This document shows, one piece after another, positions 40,159-49,176 of a stretch of DNA of 64,000 nucleotides. Location: the NCBI GenBank assembly GCA_963665095.1, contig OY762069.1, positions 448,001 to 512,000 on the forward strand, written 5' to 3'. Numbering within the stretch: position 1 is the stretch's first letter; each line of letters starts with the position of its first letter. This DNA comes from an uncultured Desulfobacter sp. (GTDB taxonomy: Bacteria > Desulfobacterota > Desulfobacteria > Desulfobacterales > Desulfobacteraceae). The notes beneath the pieces were generated by a model that was not told where the DNA came from, did not search any database, and saw only the letters and a program-made list of their open reading frames with translations. The translations under genes and the position numbers were made by a program.

Positions 40159-41079
40159 CTACGGATCTTTGCTTTTACGTCTGAAAGGTGCTCCAAAATC
40201 AAAATTTCTGGTGATACCGCCTTTATAATAATTGGGGCCTATTTTAGTTTTAACTGATTTTACCCCGGGCACTACGCGGGCAAGGTCAGTGATCTCCTGT
40301 TGTGCCTTTGAAAGGTTCATCACCTTCCGGTCCAGGGTAACAAGAATATGACCTGAGTGTGACTCAATGACCAGGCAATGCCCGAGTTCTGCCAAGGCGA
40401 ATTCTACCCTGGCGCTGGTATTTAAATCAAATACTGTTTCTTTATTTTTCGAAGTAAAGATTGATGCGTTCAGATCGGCCTGGATTTTTTCCAGCGTACT
40501 TTTTAACTGACTTTCTGTCAGGTCAAAGCTTTCCTTATCCGCTTTCTGCCAGTCCAGAGCCAGGTTGTGCAGACCCGGCTCATAAAGGGAAGGCAGGCCT
40601 AATAAATCCGCGAACCGCTGGGTGCGGCGGTCGGCTTTGGTTATGGCTGCCATGGCCTCCTGACCTGACAGTTTGTCTTTTTCCCGGGCCTGTTTTACCC
40701 GATATTGCCGGGGGGTATCTGACAGTATTCTGTAAAAAACTGGTTCTGGTGACTGGATCAGATGCGATAAAATACCTGAAAAAATACATGGTCCTTTGCA
40801 TATACAATCAGTTATCTGGACTTTAAGTGCTGCCATGCATTTTTTTCTGTCATGGGTAAAATTATCAAAGGGAATGTGTCTGCCCTGGACAGCTTTGAAA
40901 ATCAGCTCTTTTTTTAAGCCATGACCCCGGGCGGCCGCCTGGATCACTTCCACATCTTCAAATACAGGGCAGTTATATAAAGCAGATGCCGCATCAACAA
41001 GTTTGCAGGGGGAGGCGTACTGTCCGCATGTAATGGCAATTAAAGGCAAAGTCAATGTTTTCTGCTCAGTTTGGTTCAA
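40159..41079 (-). CDS. Cytidylate-kinase-like family protein with C-terminal BON-like region
   Basis: N-terminal IAITCG, R-rich lid (QYRVKQA...ADRR), C-terminal VPGVKSVKT. The P-loop appears degenerate. Confidence 0.55.
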   Translation of the reverse strand: MNQTEQKTLTLPLIAITCGQYASPCKLVDAASALYNCPVFEDVEVIQAAARGHGLKKELIFKAVQGRHIPFDNFTHDRKKCMAALKVQITDCICKGPCIFSGILSHLIQSPEPVFYRILSDTPRQYRVKQAREKDKLSGQEAMAAITKADRRTQRFADLLGLPSLYEPGLHNLALDWQKADKESFDLTESQLKSTLEKIQADLNASIFTSKNKETVFDLNTSARVEFALAELGHCLVIESHSGHILVTLDRKVMNLSKAQQEITDLARVVPGVKSVKTKIGPNYYKGGITRNFDFGAPFRRKSKDP

Positions 41080-41109
41080 AGGTTAACAACATAAATCCGG
41101 ACTATAGAC

Positions 41110-41125
41110 AGCAAGGACTATGCCA
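41110..41125 (-). promoter_or_regulatory. Sigma54 (-24/-12) promoter
   Basis: Minus strand reads TGGCAT-AGTCC-TTGCT, about 30 nt upstream of the 41079 start. Confidence 0.75.
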
Positions 41126-41190
41126 TGAGATATTTATTGTTTTATAACAGTAGATTAACTATTTTGAAGAAGAGGGGAGAGGAAGGGATT

Positions 41191-41239
41191 AAAACAAATT
41201 GAAACAAATTGAGATGCACATTTTGAAACATTTTGTAAC
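41191..41239. promoter_or_regulatory. Putative upstream activator sequence (tandem GAAACA/TTG repeats)
   Basis: aaaacaaattgaaacaaattgagatgcacattttgaaacattttgtaac, about 70-110 nt upstream of the sigma54 site. Confidence 0.5.
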
Positions 41240-41240
41240 T

Positions 41241-41603
41241 TTATATCAAAAGGCCTTCCACCATACGGATAAACAGGATGTCCCCTGACCGTAATGTCCG
41301 GGTCTGCCAGCGCTCAAACGCATAGGGCCAGGGACCGGATACGCCGTCATAAATCGACAGCTTTTTCCATTTCAGGAACTCATAATATTCATCTTCAATG
41401 GCACCGCAGATCAACGTCTTAATATCCTGGGCAAGCAAAATGTGGCATAGTTCATCAGGCGAGGATCTCGGCAGGACTATGATTTTTTTTTCCAGTAACC
41501 CTTTGGATTTGGAGGTTGTCAGAATGATGACTTCGGTACTCAGGTCAAACCGGGGGGCGATTTCCTCTCCGAGAATGGGTATGGCTATTTTATGCTGGGG
41601 CAT
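41241..41603 (-). CDS. NifB/NifX (dinitrogenase FeMo-cofactor-binding) family protein
   Basis: KIAIPI...IAPRFD...LICGAI pattern, 120 aa. Confidence 0.7.
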   Translation of the reverse strand: MPQHKIAIPILGEEIAPRFDLSTEVIILTTSKSKGLLEKKIIVLPRSSPDELCHILLAQDIKTLICGAIEDEYYEFLKWKKLSIYDGVSGPWPYAFERWQTRTLRSGDILFIRMVEGLLI

Positions 41604-41610
41604 GATGCAT

Positions 41611-43032
41611 CTACTCTATCTGGTATTGTCTGATTTTGCGCCACAGGGTGCTCCGGCTCATGCCAAGAATCCTGGCAGCTTGATTCTTTTTGCCTCCGGC
41701 AGTTTTCAAAGCATCCATGATCATTTGTCGCTGCACAGAAGCCCAGGTTTCCTCAGTCTGGTTCGTCTGATTCTCCAGCTGTTCATGTAAAGGATTGGTT
41801 TCCATCTGTTCAAAATGTTCTGATTGCGGTTTCTGCAGATATGGGTTTTCCGGCTTTCGTTCCAGAACATATGCCGGCAGGTTGTTTGCCTCAATGTTTG
41901 TACCCTGGGCCACGTTGACGGCATACTCCATAATATTTTTTAATTCCCGGATGTTGCCTTCATAGGAATAGTTAAGCAAAATTGACAGGGCAGATTCGGA
42001 AAAGCCTTCAATACTTTTACTTTGTTTTCGGGTGTAATGAATCAGGAAATGGTCCAGTAATAATCGGATGTCCCCACCACGTTCACGCAGGGGGGGCAGA
42101 TGAACCCTTGCCACGTTCAGGCGGAAAAGCAGGTCCTTTCGAAATTTCCCCACGGACACCATATGCTTAAGATCCCTGTTGGTGGCGGCAATAATCCGGA
42201 CATTGGCATTAAACCCTTTTGTCCCCCCCAAAGGGTAGATAACCCTGTCATCCAGGAAAGTGAGCAGTTTAACCTGGAGGGGCAGTGGCAGATCCCCAAT
42301 TTCGGTCAGGAAGATAGTGCCGTTGTGGGCAAGCTTAAACCGACCGGGCTTGTTTTCCACCGCACCGGTAAAAGCCCCTTTCATATGTCCGAAAATTTCA
42401 GATTCCAGCAATGTTTCCGGCAAAGCCCCGCAGTTGATCTTAATAAATGGCCCGCCAGCCCGCTGGGATGTCTGATGGACTGCCTCGGCAGCAAGATCTT
42501 TTCCTGTTCCGGTTTCACCGGTAATCAGAATGGAGGCATCACTTTGGGCCAACATGGGAAGGGTTTGAAATATCATCTCCATCTTGGGGCTTCGGCCAAT
42601 GATGTTGGAAAAGCTGTATGCCACATTTTTTTCCGGATCATTGGTATCACTGCTGCGCAGATCTTCAATGGTTTCAATATAGCCTGTTATATGGCCGTCT
42701 GTGTCCAGGATCTGGGCGGTAGTAATCCGAACGGGCAACTTCTGGCGGTCTGTATTGATAATATCACTGGTGCAGGAGACGGACCGGTCCTGCCGGTGAA
42801 TGGCAAGCACCGGACAGTTAATGATGCATGCCGAACTGCGAAGGACATTTTTACAGGGAATGCCTCTGGCCATATCCAGGGAATGCCCTGTCAAGGCCTG
42901 AAAAAAACGGTTAAGGTGCACCACTCGTAACTCCTTATCCATCACTAAAATACCCAGAGGAATTTCATCCAGAATATGGTTGAAATCCAGGGGCGAGCGC
43001 ATAAGTTGATGAATCTGGGCAAAGGCATGCAT
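41611..43032 (-). CDS. PAS-containing sigma54-dependent transcriptional activator (Fis HTH)
   Basis: PAS domain, GETGTGKD, ESEIFGH, GAFTGA, FRKDLLFRL, GNIRELKN, GMSRSTLWRK. Confidence 0.93.
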   Translation of the reverse strand: MHAFAQIHQLMRSPLDFNHILDEIPLGILVMDKELRVVHLNRFFQALTGHSLDMARGIPCKNVLRSSACIINCPVLAIHRQDRSVSCTSDIINTDRQKLPVRITTAQILDTDGHITGYIETIEDLRSSDTNDPEKNVAYSFSNIIGRSPKMEMIFQTLPMLAQSDASILITGETGTGKDLAAEAVHQTSQRAGGPFIKINCGALPETLLESEIFGHMKGAFTGAVENKPGRFKLAHNGTIFLTEIGDLPLPLQVKLLTFLDDRVIYPLGGTKGFNANVRIIAATNRDLKHMVSVGKFRKDLLFRLNVARVHLPPLRERGGDIRLLLDHFLIHYTRKQSKSIEGFSESALSILLNYSYEGNIRELKNIMEYAVNVAQGTNIEANNLPAYVLERKPENPYLQKPQSEHFEQMETNPLHEQLENQTNQTEETWASVQRQMIMDALKTAGGKKNQAARILGMSRSTLWRKIRQYQIE

Positions 43033-43248
43033 ACGTGAACATACGTCCTTATTAAAACATCGGTTACTTTTGTTAAGAATCAGTGAATTTGTTCTATCAT
43101 CAACTTTTCAGCGTTACAAATAAAATCGACGGATTGAACAGTGCCGCAGAGCAGGAAGGGATCTGTCCGCGCTGAAGGCGGGAACTATTTTAAATGGAAT
43201 AGAAAGCAGTTCAGGGTGAAACGCTTATTGACCAAAGAGCGTTAAGTA

Positions 43249-43896
43249 TCATGACCTATCTGGGTTGTACTTATAGGTATAAGGTGTTTCATTCCGACTG
43301 ATACCCCACAATGTTCCCAAGGAGGTTCCAGCTGTTTTAATACTGGAGAATTTCGAGGCAAGGGATAGCAGGTCGCTTTCGCTTGTAGTGCTGTTCATGT
43401 AGTCGGCAAGGCTTGTGGTTCTGTTTTGAAGATATTCCGTGTAGTTCAGAATTTCATTATTTGCTGTCAGTCCGGTAAATGCTTGGGTGAATTCGCTGCT
43501 TTTGTTTAAGGCGGTTTCAAGTTCCTCACTGCCTGAAAAGCTGTTTTCTACTTCTATATAGTTGTCATCGTTTAAAGACAGGGTTACCTGCTGGTCGGAA
43601 TCGATATCCAGTTCTTCCAACGCAGAGGAAAGAAGCGTACTGACAGTCTCTTCCAGAGATTCCGCAGCATTTTCAAAATCTGACAGCGTCAGTGTGCCCT
43701 GAGCAGATAAGCCTAAATAGTCCCGCTGGGCAATGGCCATGGCTTCTGCCGACAGGGTTACCGTGTCGGTCTGTGATGCTGTCCTTGTGGTGCTTTCAGC
43801 GTCGGTAATGGTGTTGGAAGAATCAGACAGTAAACTGGCAAGGCTTGATCCGGAATAGGAGTAAAGGGTTGAATAATCAGTGGTGATAGATGACAT
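43249..43896 (-). CDS. Hypothetical acidic Ser/Thr-rich protein
   Basis: 215-aa ORF with AGGA RBS, a DTVTLSAEA motif and a sigma54 promoter upstream. Confidence 0.75.
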   Translation of the reverse strand: MSSITTDYSTLYSYSGSSLASLLSDSSNTITDAESTTRTASQTDTVTLSAEAMAIAQRDYLGLSAQGTLTLSDFENAAESLEETVSTLLSSALEELDIDSDQQVTLSLNDDNYIEVENSFSGSEELETALNKSSEFTQAFTGLTANNEILNYTEYLQNRTTSLADYMNSTTSESDLLSLASKFSSIKTAGTSLGTLWGISRNETPYTYKYNPDRS

Positions 43897-43951
43897 GATT
43901 CGGTTCCTTTTTTCTGTGGCATATTAATTTTGTGACCAATGCAGACTTAAA

Positions 43952-43967
43952 AGCAACTCCTGTGCCG
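43952..43967 (-). promoter_or_regulatory. Sigma54 (-24/-12) promoter
   Basis: Minus strand reads CGGCAC-AGGAG-TTGCT. Confidence 0.7.
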
Positions 43968-44257
43968 CCAATCCAAATCCAAGTATACCGTTGTTTATTA
44001 AGGTATTCGAAAGGTAGCCATGTGAAAGTGACGGGCAGACAAGCAATATTTACCTAAAGTGCAGGAAATGTTTTCCCTGTACCGGATTTTGTCTAAAGGT
44101 GTATCAGAAATATCTGTAATGCACTGCACCGCCATGAGATCTTATGGGGATAAATATCGTTGTTTTGTCTGTTGGACCTATGTTATGAACATGCAATTCT
44201 GAATAATTGTAAAATAAGGATCATTCAATATCGATTTTACGGATAGGGGACAAAAAC

Positions 44258-45673
44258 ATGGAGAATGTAAAGCTTTTAATTGAAAGAATTACCAATCGGG
44301 TAAATGCCAATTTAAAGGAGTTTCAGTTCGATACCCGCAAATTTGTCGATAACACGATTGAGTTTGATAAACTGGCCAAATTTTATTGTTTTTATGGAAT
44401 CACCAGTCAGCATCCCATTTTTTTTCATTTTAAGAACTCAAGCATGGCAGGGTCCTATTTTCTGGGCAAAGCCAATGTCAAGCAGTCGTGCATCTATAAA
44501 AGTGATGTCAGAGGGGATGAGCTGAAGCGAAAAGGGGACATTCTGGACAAAAACAACCCCCTTCCCCTGGTGGATGATGAAATTTTTGTAATTACCGGCA
44601 GTCTCTTATATAAAACACTGGTACACAGTAAATCGCATAATCCGGAAACCCCTGAGGAGTTTACCATCAGGAATACGATTGCCGCCCATTATGCAAATAT
44701 CCACGGGGCTACCACAGTCGGATCGTTTCTAGGTCCCTTTGCAACGGTGGATATGATGAATCTTCATTCATGCATTCTAGGAGAGTTCTGTTATCTTCAG
44801 GCAGGAGAATTTTTCCATCGTAAAATTGATGCGGGGGTGATCTGGATTGAAAGTGAGGCTTTTAAATTTAAATACAAGCATGATCAGTCTGTTCTGGATA
44901 AATATATTGGTGTGAATGAAAACTACCAGCCCAGGGGACTGATCTATGATTTTGTCAGTGAAAAAGAGGCGGATTACGAGCGGTTATTTGAGGTCGTGGA
45001 CCTTGAGCCCTATAAGGCACCCCAAAGTTCGGCCGTTAATCGATATGCTGTGATGAAGCCTAAAAACGAGGTTGGGGAGAATGTCTTGATTTCGCAGCGG
45101 GCCTATGTGGAAAATTCACGCATGGGCGACGGCTCCAATGCCCAGGAAAATACCTTTATCATCAACTCCCGTCTTGAAGGGATGTGCATTACAGCCCATG
45201 GCGGCAAGATCATCAATGCCACTATTGGTTTAAAAACTTTTGTGGGATTTAATTCATTTCTGAGGGGAACGGATGATGCAAGGCTTGAGGTCGGAAAAGG
45301 CTGTATCGTCATGCCCCATACTATTATTGATATTGCTGAGCCACTGACAATTCCAAGAAACCATCTGATCTGGGGATATATTGCAAACAGTAATGATCTT
45401 GCCAAAAATTCCATTGCCATTGATGAGATCAAAGGCTTCAGGGGAACCGAATCCATTGGCAATATGATCTTCACTGGATCGGGCGAGGCTTTTGTGGAAG
45501 CGTTTACCTCAAGGATTGAACATATTCTTGAAGCCAACGGGGCATATTGCAACTATGATGGAGAATTAAGCGGTCATGCCCAGGATGACCAGCAGATTGC
45601 TTTTAATACCCTGCAGCCCTATCGGACTGGTGAAAATGCAGGGATTTATCCTGCCATTAAAATTTCACCCTAA
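44258..45673 (+). CDS. Left-handed beta-helix protein with two gamma-carbonic-anhydrase-like repeats
   Basis: Hexapeptide-like repeats. First half has DVRGDE, LVHS, AHYANIHG; second half has SNAQEN, AHGGKII, FVGFNS. Confidence 0.65.
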   Translation: MENVKLLIERITNRVNANLKEFQFDTRKFVDNTIEFDKLAKFYCFYGITSQHPIFFHFKNSSMAGSYFLGKANVKQSCIYKSDVRGDELKRKGDILDKNNPLPLVDDEIFVITGSLLYKTLVHSKSHNPETPEEFTIRNTIAAHYANIHGATTVGSFLGPFATVDMMNLHSCILGEFCYLQAGEFFHRKIDAGVIWIESEAFKFKYKHDQSVLDKYIGVNENYQPRGLIYDFVSEKEADYERLFEVVDLEPYKAPQSSAVNRYAVMKPKNEVGENVLISQRAYVENSRMGDGSNAQENTFIINSRLEGMCITAHGGKIINATIGLKTFVGFNSFLRGTDDARLEVGKGCIVMPHTIIDIAEPLTIPRNHLIWGYIANSNDLAKNSIAIDEIKGFRGTESIGNMIFTGSGEAFVEAFTSRIEHILEANGAYCNYDGELSGHAQDDQQIAFNTLQPYRTGENAGIYPAIKISP

Positions 45674-45684
45674 CCGTTATGGTT

Positions 45685-45737
45685 GACAGGCTATGTCCGG
45701 CCCGGGGCAAATTCATCCGGGCCGGGCATAGCCTGTC
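45685..45737. terminator. Bidirectional terminator hairpin
   Basis: gacaggctatgtccggcccgg...ccgggccgggcatagcctgtc between convergent genes. Confidence 0.75.
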
Positions 45738-45816
45738 TTAAAAATTTTTTGGATACCTTTCGATCTGCAGAAATTTTTGGGTATTCTTTTATTTGATACT
45801 GGTCTTTGTATCCCTG

Positions 45817-47823
45817 TCAAAGCAACTTTAAGTTCCAGTTCCAGGTGCCGGGCCTTGGTTTCATCCTGATGTTTTTGGGTATCCGCTCAATCAGGTTGAT
45901 GAATAAAGCAAACCCTGCCTGTTGCAGTTCTTCTCTTTTTTGTGACAGGTCAAGTGTCCAGTTGGGAAAAGTATAATAGGTGTTGTTAAATTTGCTGGTC
46001 CAGGCAGTCTCTCCCATGGGGCTGGCAAAAGCGCTGCCAAGTGTGAGGTTAGGCGGGGCAATTCTCGATATAGCCATGGGCCAGCAGGCTTGCACCACTA
46101 TGCCTAAGGACAGTGCAGATCTGTCCGGAAGGCTGAGTATGGTCTCTTTATCCAGTTCCGGGCTGACCACTGCCCCTGAGAACCCTTGCGTTTTTAAGAT
46201 ATCCGTAGCTGCGGCATTGGTGATGTTGCAATACGGTCCGGCCCAGATGTTCAACCTGGAAGGGTTGTCAAACAGCCCGATCTGCCAGGGGGCATTGAGT
46301 ACAAAATTTTTTGTTCCTTTTTTTAATGCAGTTTTCACATAGTTTCGGCAAACATCCTCTTCTTCCGGAAATATCACCGGATCCAGCCACAGCCAGGTTC
46401 GTGGTGGTGGTTTGACACCGTATCCACTGGCTGAAATCCACATGGCTGCATCATTGTGACCGCAGGAGGGATCAGGCTGTTTTCTGAAAACATCCATATA
46501 ATGAGGTCTGTTTGATTTTGACTTTCGCATGGTTCGAGGTCCGGGTCTGGCCTGGGAGTTGTTCGGATTGCTTTTAACAGCGTCTGTCCTGTATGGACGA
46601 TTAGATGACGGCCGTACCGATGTCTTTGGCAGGGTTTCAAGTTCGGCAGCAAGTGCATCTATCTGTTCCTGAAGTTCTGCGCCCCTGCGGTCAATCATAA
46701 AAACCGGTGCGCCTTTATGAATTCCGTTTCCCTTGGCAGATAAAAAAAACTTTCCCTTTTTGGGCACCGCCCGGGGGACTTTCATAACCGAATGAAAGCG
46801 GTCTTCTTCGTAGCCGATGCGCAAAAGATCTCCTGGAAACAATGCTTCCCTGGTGATGAAATAGGGTGCCTGGGGATTTTTTATCCGCCCCAGGAACAGA
46901 CCGGATCCGGTTTCAGATGCGTGGTCCAGGGGATTGGATATTCGGTGGGATAACAGATTGTAATGGTTGCCTTGCCGACCTAACGCATATTCCAGTAAAT
47001 AGAGCGCCTGTTTCTTTTGCCCTGGGTCATCCCGAAGCAGTTTGTACGCCATAGTAGTGTAATAGACGTAATGGGGGCTTTTTTTTCGACCCTCTATTTT
47101 CCAGGTGGTGATATTGGGGATCTCAGTAAGTACCTTGACCAACACATCGGTTGACAGATCCAGACATGAGAAATGACGCTGTTTCTGTCCATTTTGATCA
47201 TACTGTCGCCGGCAGGGCTGGACACACCGGCCGCGCAACGCACTTTTTCCCCCTAACCAGGAACTCCAGTAGCACCTGCCCGAAACAGAATAACAAAGCG
47301 CCCCATGGATAAATACTTCAAGATCCAGGCCTTCCGGGGCACTGGATGCCATGGCCCTGATTTCATCCAGGTTGAATTCCCTGGGCAGCACCACCCTGGA
47401 AAACCCAATATTTTTTGCTGCAGCAAGTCCTTCCGGATGGGTGCAGTTACCAAGGGTGGACAAATGAAGGGAGCCCTGAAAGCCAGCCTGTCTGGCAAGG
47501 TGTACCATGGCAAGATCCTGGATGATCAATGCGTCTGCATCCACGTATCTGGTCAGTTTGTCAAGGAGGCGATATGCCTGGTCTGTTTCAGATTCCTTGA
47601 TGATGGAGTTAAAAGCTATATATACTTCCGTGTTTTTAGAATGCGCCAGCCGGGTCAGCCTTGCCAGTTCATCAATGGAAAAATTACCGGCCTCCATTCT
47701 GGCAGAAAAAATTTTTAATCCGCAGTAGACAGCATCAGCGCCGGCAGCTATGGCGGCCAGAAAAGAGGAAACATCTCCGGCCGGAGCCAGGATAATCGGC
47801 GAGTCAAGGGGCTTAAGGGTCAT
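45817..47823 (-). CDS. Peptidase U32 family protein (RlhA-like Fe-S RNA hydroxylation factor)
   Basis: ILAPAG, AGADAVYCG, EVFIHGALCYSVSGRC, RGRCVQPCRR, KIEGR. Confidence 0.88.
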   Translation of the reverse strand: MTLKPLDSPIILAPAGDVSSFLAAIAAGADAVYCGLKIFSARMEAGNFSIDELARLTRLAHSKNTEVYIAFNSIIKESETDQAYRLLDKLTRYVDADALIIQDLAMVHLARQAGFQGSLHLSTLGNCTHPEGLAAAKNIGFSRVVLPREFNLDEIRAMASSAPEGLDLEVFIHGALCYSVSGRCYWSSWLGGKSALRGRCVQPCRRQYDQNGQKQRHFSCLDLSTDVLVKVLTEIPNITTWKIEGRKKSPHYVYYTTMAYKLLRDDPGQKKQALYLLEYALGRQGNHYNLLSHRISNPLDHASETGSGLFLGRIKNPQAPYFITREALFPGDLLRIGYEEDRFHSVMKVPRAVPKKGKFFLSAKGNGIHKGAPVFMIDRRGAELQEQIDALAAELETLPKTSVRPSSNRPYRTDAVKSNPNNSQARPGPRTMRKSKSNRPHYMDVFRKQPDPSCGHNDAAMWISASGYGVKPPPRTWLWLDPVIFPEEEDVCRNYVKTALKKGTKNFVLNAPWQIGLFDNPSRLNIWAGPYCNITNAAATDILKTQGFSGAVVSPELDKETILSLPDRSALSLGIVVQACWPMAISRIAPPNLTLGSAFASPMGETAWTSKFNNTYYTFPNWTLDLSQKREELQQAGFALFINLIERIPKNIRMKPRPGTWNWNLKLL

Positions 47824-47967
47824 AAATGTTTAATGCCTGCAGGTATGGGTTGGGTTTAAAAAACATTAATATTGCAATTTCAGACAGCTTTGTCAAAATA
47901 GCATTTTGGGAATAACAGCAGATAAATCTGTATATATGTAATGCCTGGCACATTATAAGGAGAGGTC

Positions 47968-48291
47968 ATGTTTACAACTCATGATGAAAACGGGTATGCC
48001 ATGCCCGTTGAAGGGATTGAAATGAAAACCCTGGTTTACGGGGAGAAAACACTTTTGGCACGGTTTAAAATGGCCAAAGGTGCGATGCTCCCATCCCATT
48101 CTCATCCCCACGAACAAACAGGTTATCTGGTTTCCGGCCGCATCAACCTGTATATTGGTGAAAAGTGCTGCCATGCTGGTCCCGGGGACTCCTGGTGTAT
48201 TGAATTTGGGGTGGAACATCGCGCTGAAATCCTGGAAGACAGTGTGGCAATAGAAGTGTTTTCTCCAGTACGTGAAGATTACCTGCCCTGA
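47968..48291 (+). CDS. Cupin domain protein
   Basis: PSHSHPHEQTGY...GDSW...EH...EVFSPVREDY. Confidence 0.88.
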   Translation: MFTTHDENGYAMPVEGIEMKTLVYGEKTLLARFKMAKGAMLPSHSHPHEQTGYLVSGRINLYIGEKCCHAGPGDSWCIEFGVEHRAEILEDSVAIEVFSPVREDYLP

Positions 48292-48337
48292 ATCAGGTTA
48301 ATAAGGTCAAACCGGAATTTATTATAATTGCTTGATT

Positions 48338-48931
48338 TTATAGGGATTGGCAGATTTTACAGGGTTTGTAGCCCTGGGATTCGGCCTCTTCCTTGGTAGC
48401 AAATTCCATACTGCAGTTTTTGCCTGTGGCAAAATTGCACTCTACGCGGTGGTAGACAAGAGTCTCTACATTGCCTTTAAACTGGATTTCACGAGTGCTA
48501 AGGGCGGTATCTTCCTGTTTCTGTGACGGATTCGGATCTGCCGGATTTTTTGACGGTTTTTGAGGTGTCACTGCAACTATGGCTTGTTTTTCAGACTCGG
48601 TCTTAGCAGGTTTTGATTTGGGAGATATCTTGGGGGCGGATTCCGGGGAGTCTGTCTTGTCTATTTGCGGTATGGGGCTGCCGCCGGCTAAAAATTGCGC
48701 TTTAAACGCTTCCGCTGTAGGTGGTTCAGGCAACAGATCCGGCTTGGAATCTGCCTTTTTGTCATTCGGTTGTCTAAGTTCCCCAATTCCAAGGTAGACG
48801 GCAAACAAGCCACCGATGATCAAGCCTGCAGGAATTAAACCGGCCACAAGGTTTACTAAATGAAAGAATTTGAGGGAAAAGCCCGGTACGCCGACAAGAA
48901 GTACCAGGATGCCGATGATTAGTTTTTTCAT
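48338..48931 (-). CDS. Membrane-anchored protein with Pro/Lys-rich linker and C-terminal Ada-type metal-binding domain
   Basis: Two N-terminal hydrophobic segments; C-terminal YHRVEC...FATKEEAESQGYKPCKIC. Confidence 0.75.
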   Translation of the reverse strand: MKKLIIGILVLLVGVPGFSLKFFHLVNLVAGLIPAGLIIGGLFAVYLGIGELRQPNDKKADSKPDLLPEPPTAEAFKAQFLAGGSPIPQIDKTDSPESAPKISPKSKPAKTESEKQAIVAVTPQKPSKNPADPNPSQKQEDTALSTREIQFKGNVETLVYHRVECNFATGKNCSMEFATKEEAESQGYKPCKICQSL

Positions 48932-49176
48932 ACATCTGCTCCATTGGGTGTCTGGTCAGTTTCAAATTGGATCTGAACAGGGCGTTACGCCGCATGCTTA
49001 CCCTTTTAGGGTGAAATTTACGGCATTGTCAAGGCATCTGGCCAAATTTGATGGTAAATTTGTTTTATTTGTGAAAAAAAGGCCGGTTTCATGGAAAATT
49101 AAGTAAATTTGCAACCTGAAACCCGGAATGTTTGAAGCTGCCAGGTCAATAAAATGCCGGACATGTATAGGGATTT

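Noticed and set aside
41191..41239. Short tandem repeats as a CRISPR array or VNTR
   Set aside because: The units are about 10 nt with no spacers or cas genes, and are better explained as activator binding sites.
41241..41603. Nitrogen fixation cluster
   Set aside because: Only a stand-alone NifX-like domain is present; there is no nifHDK or nifEN in the window.
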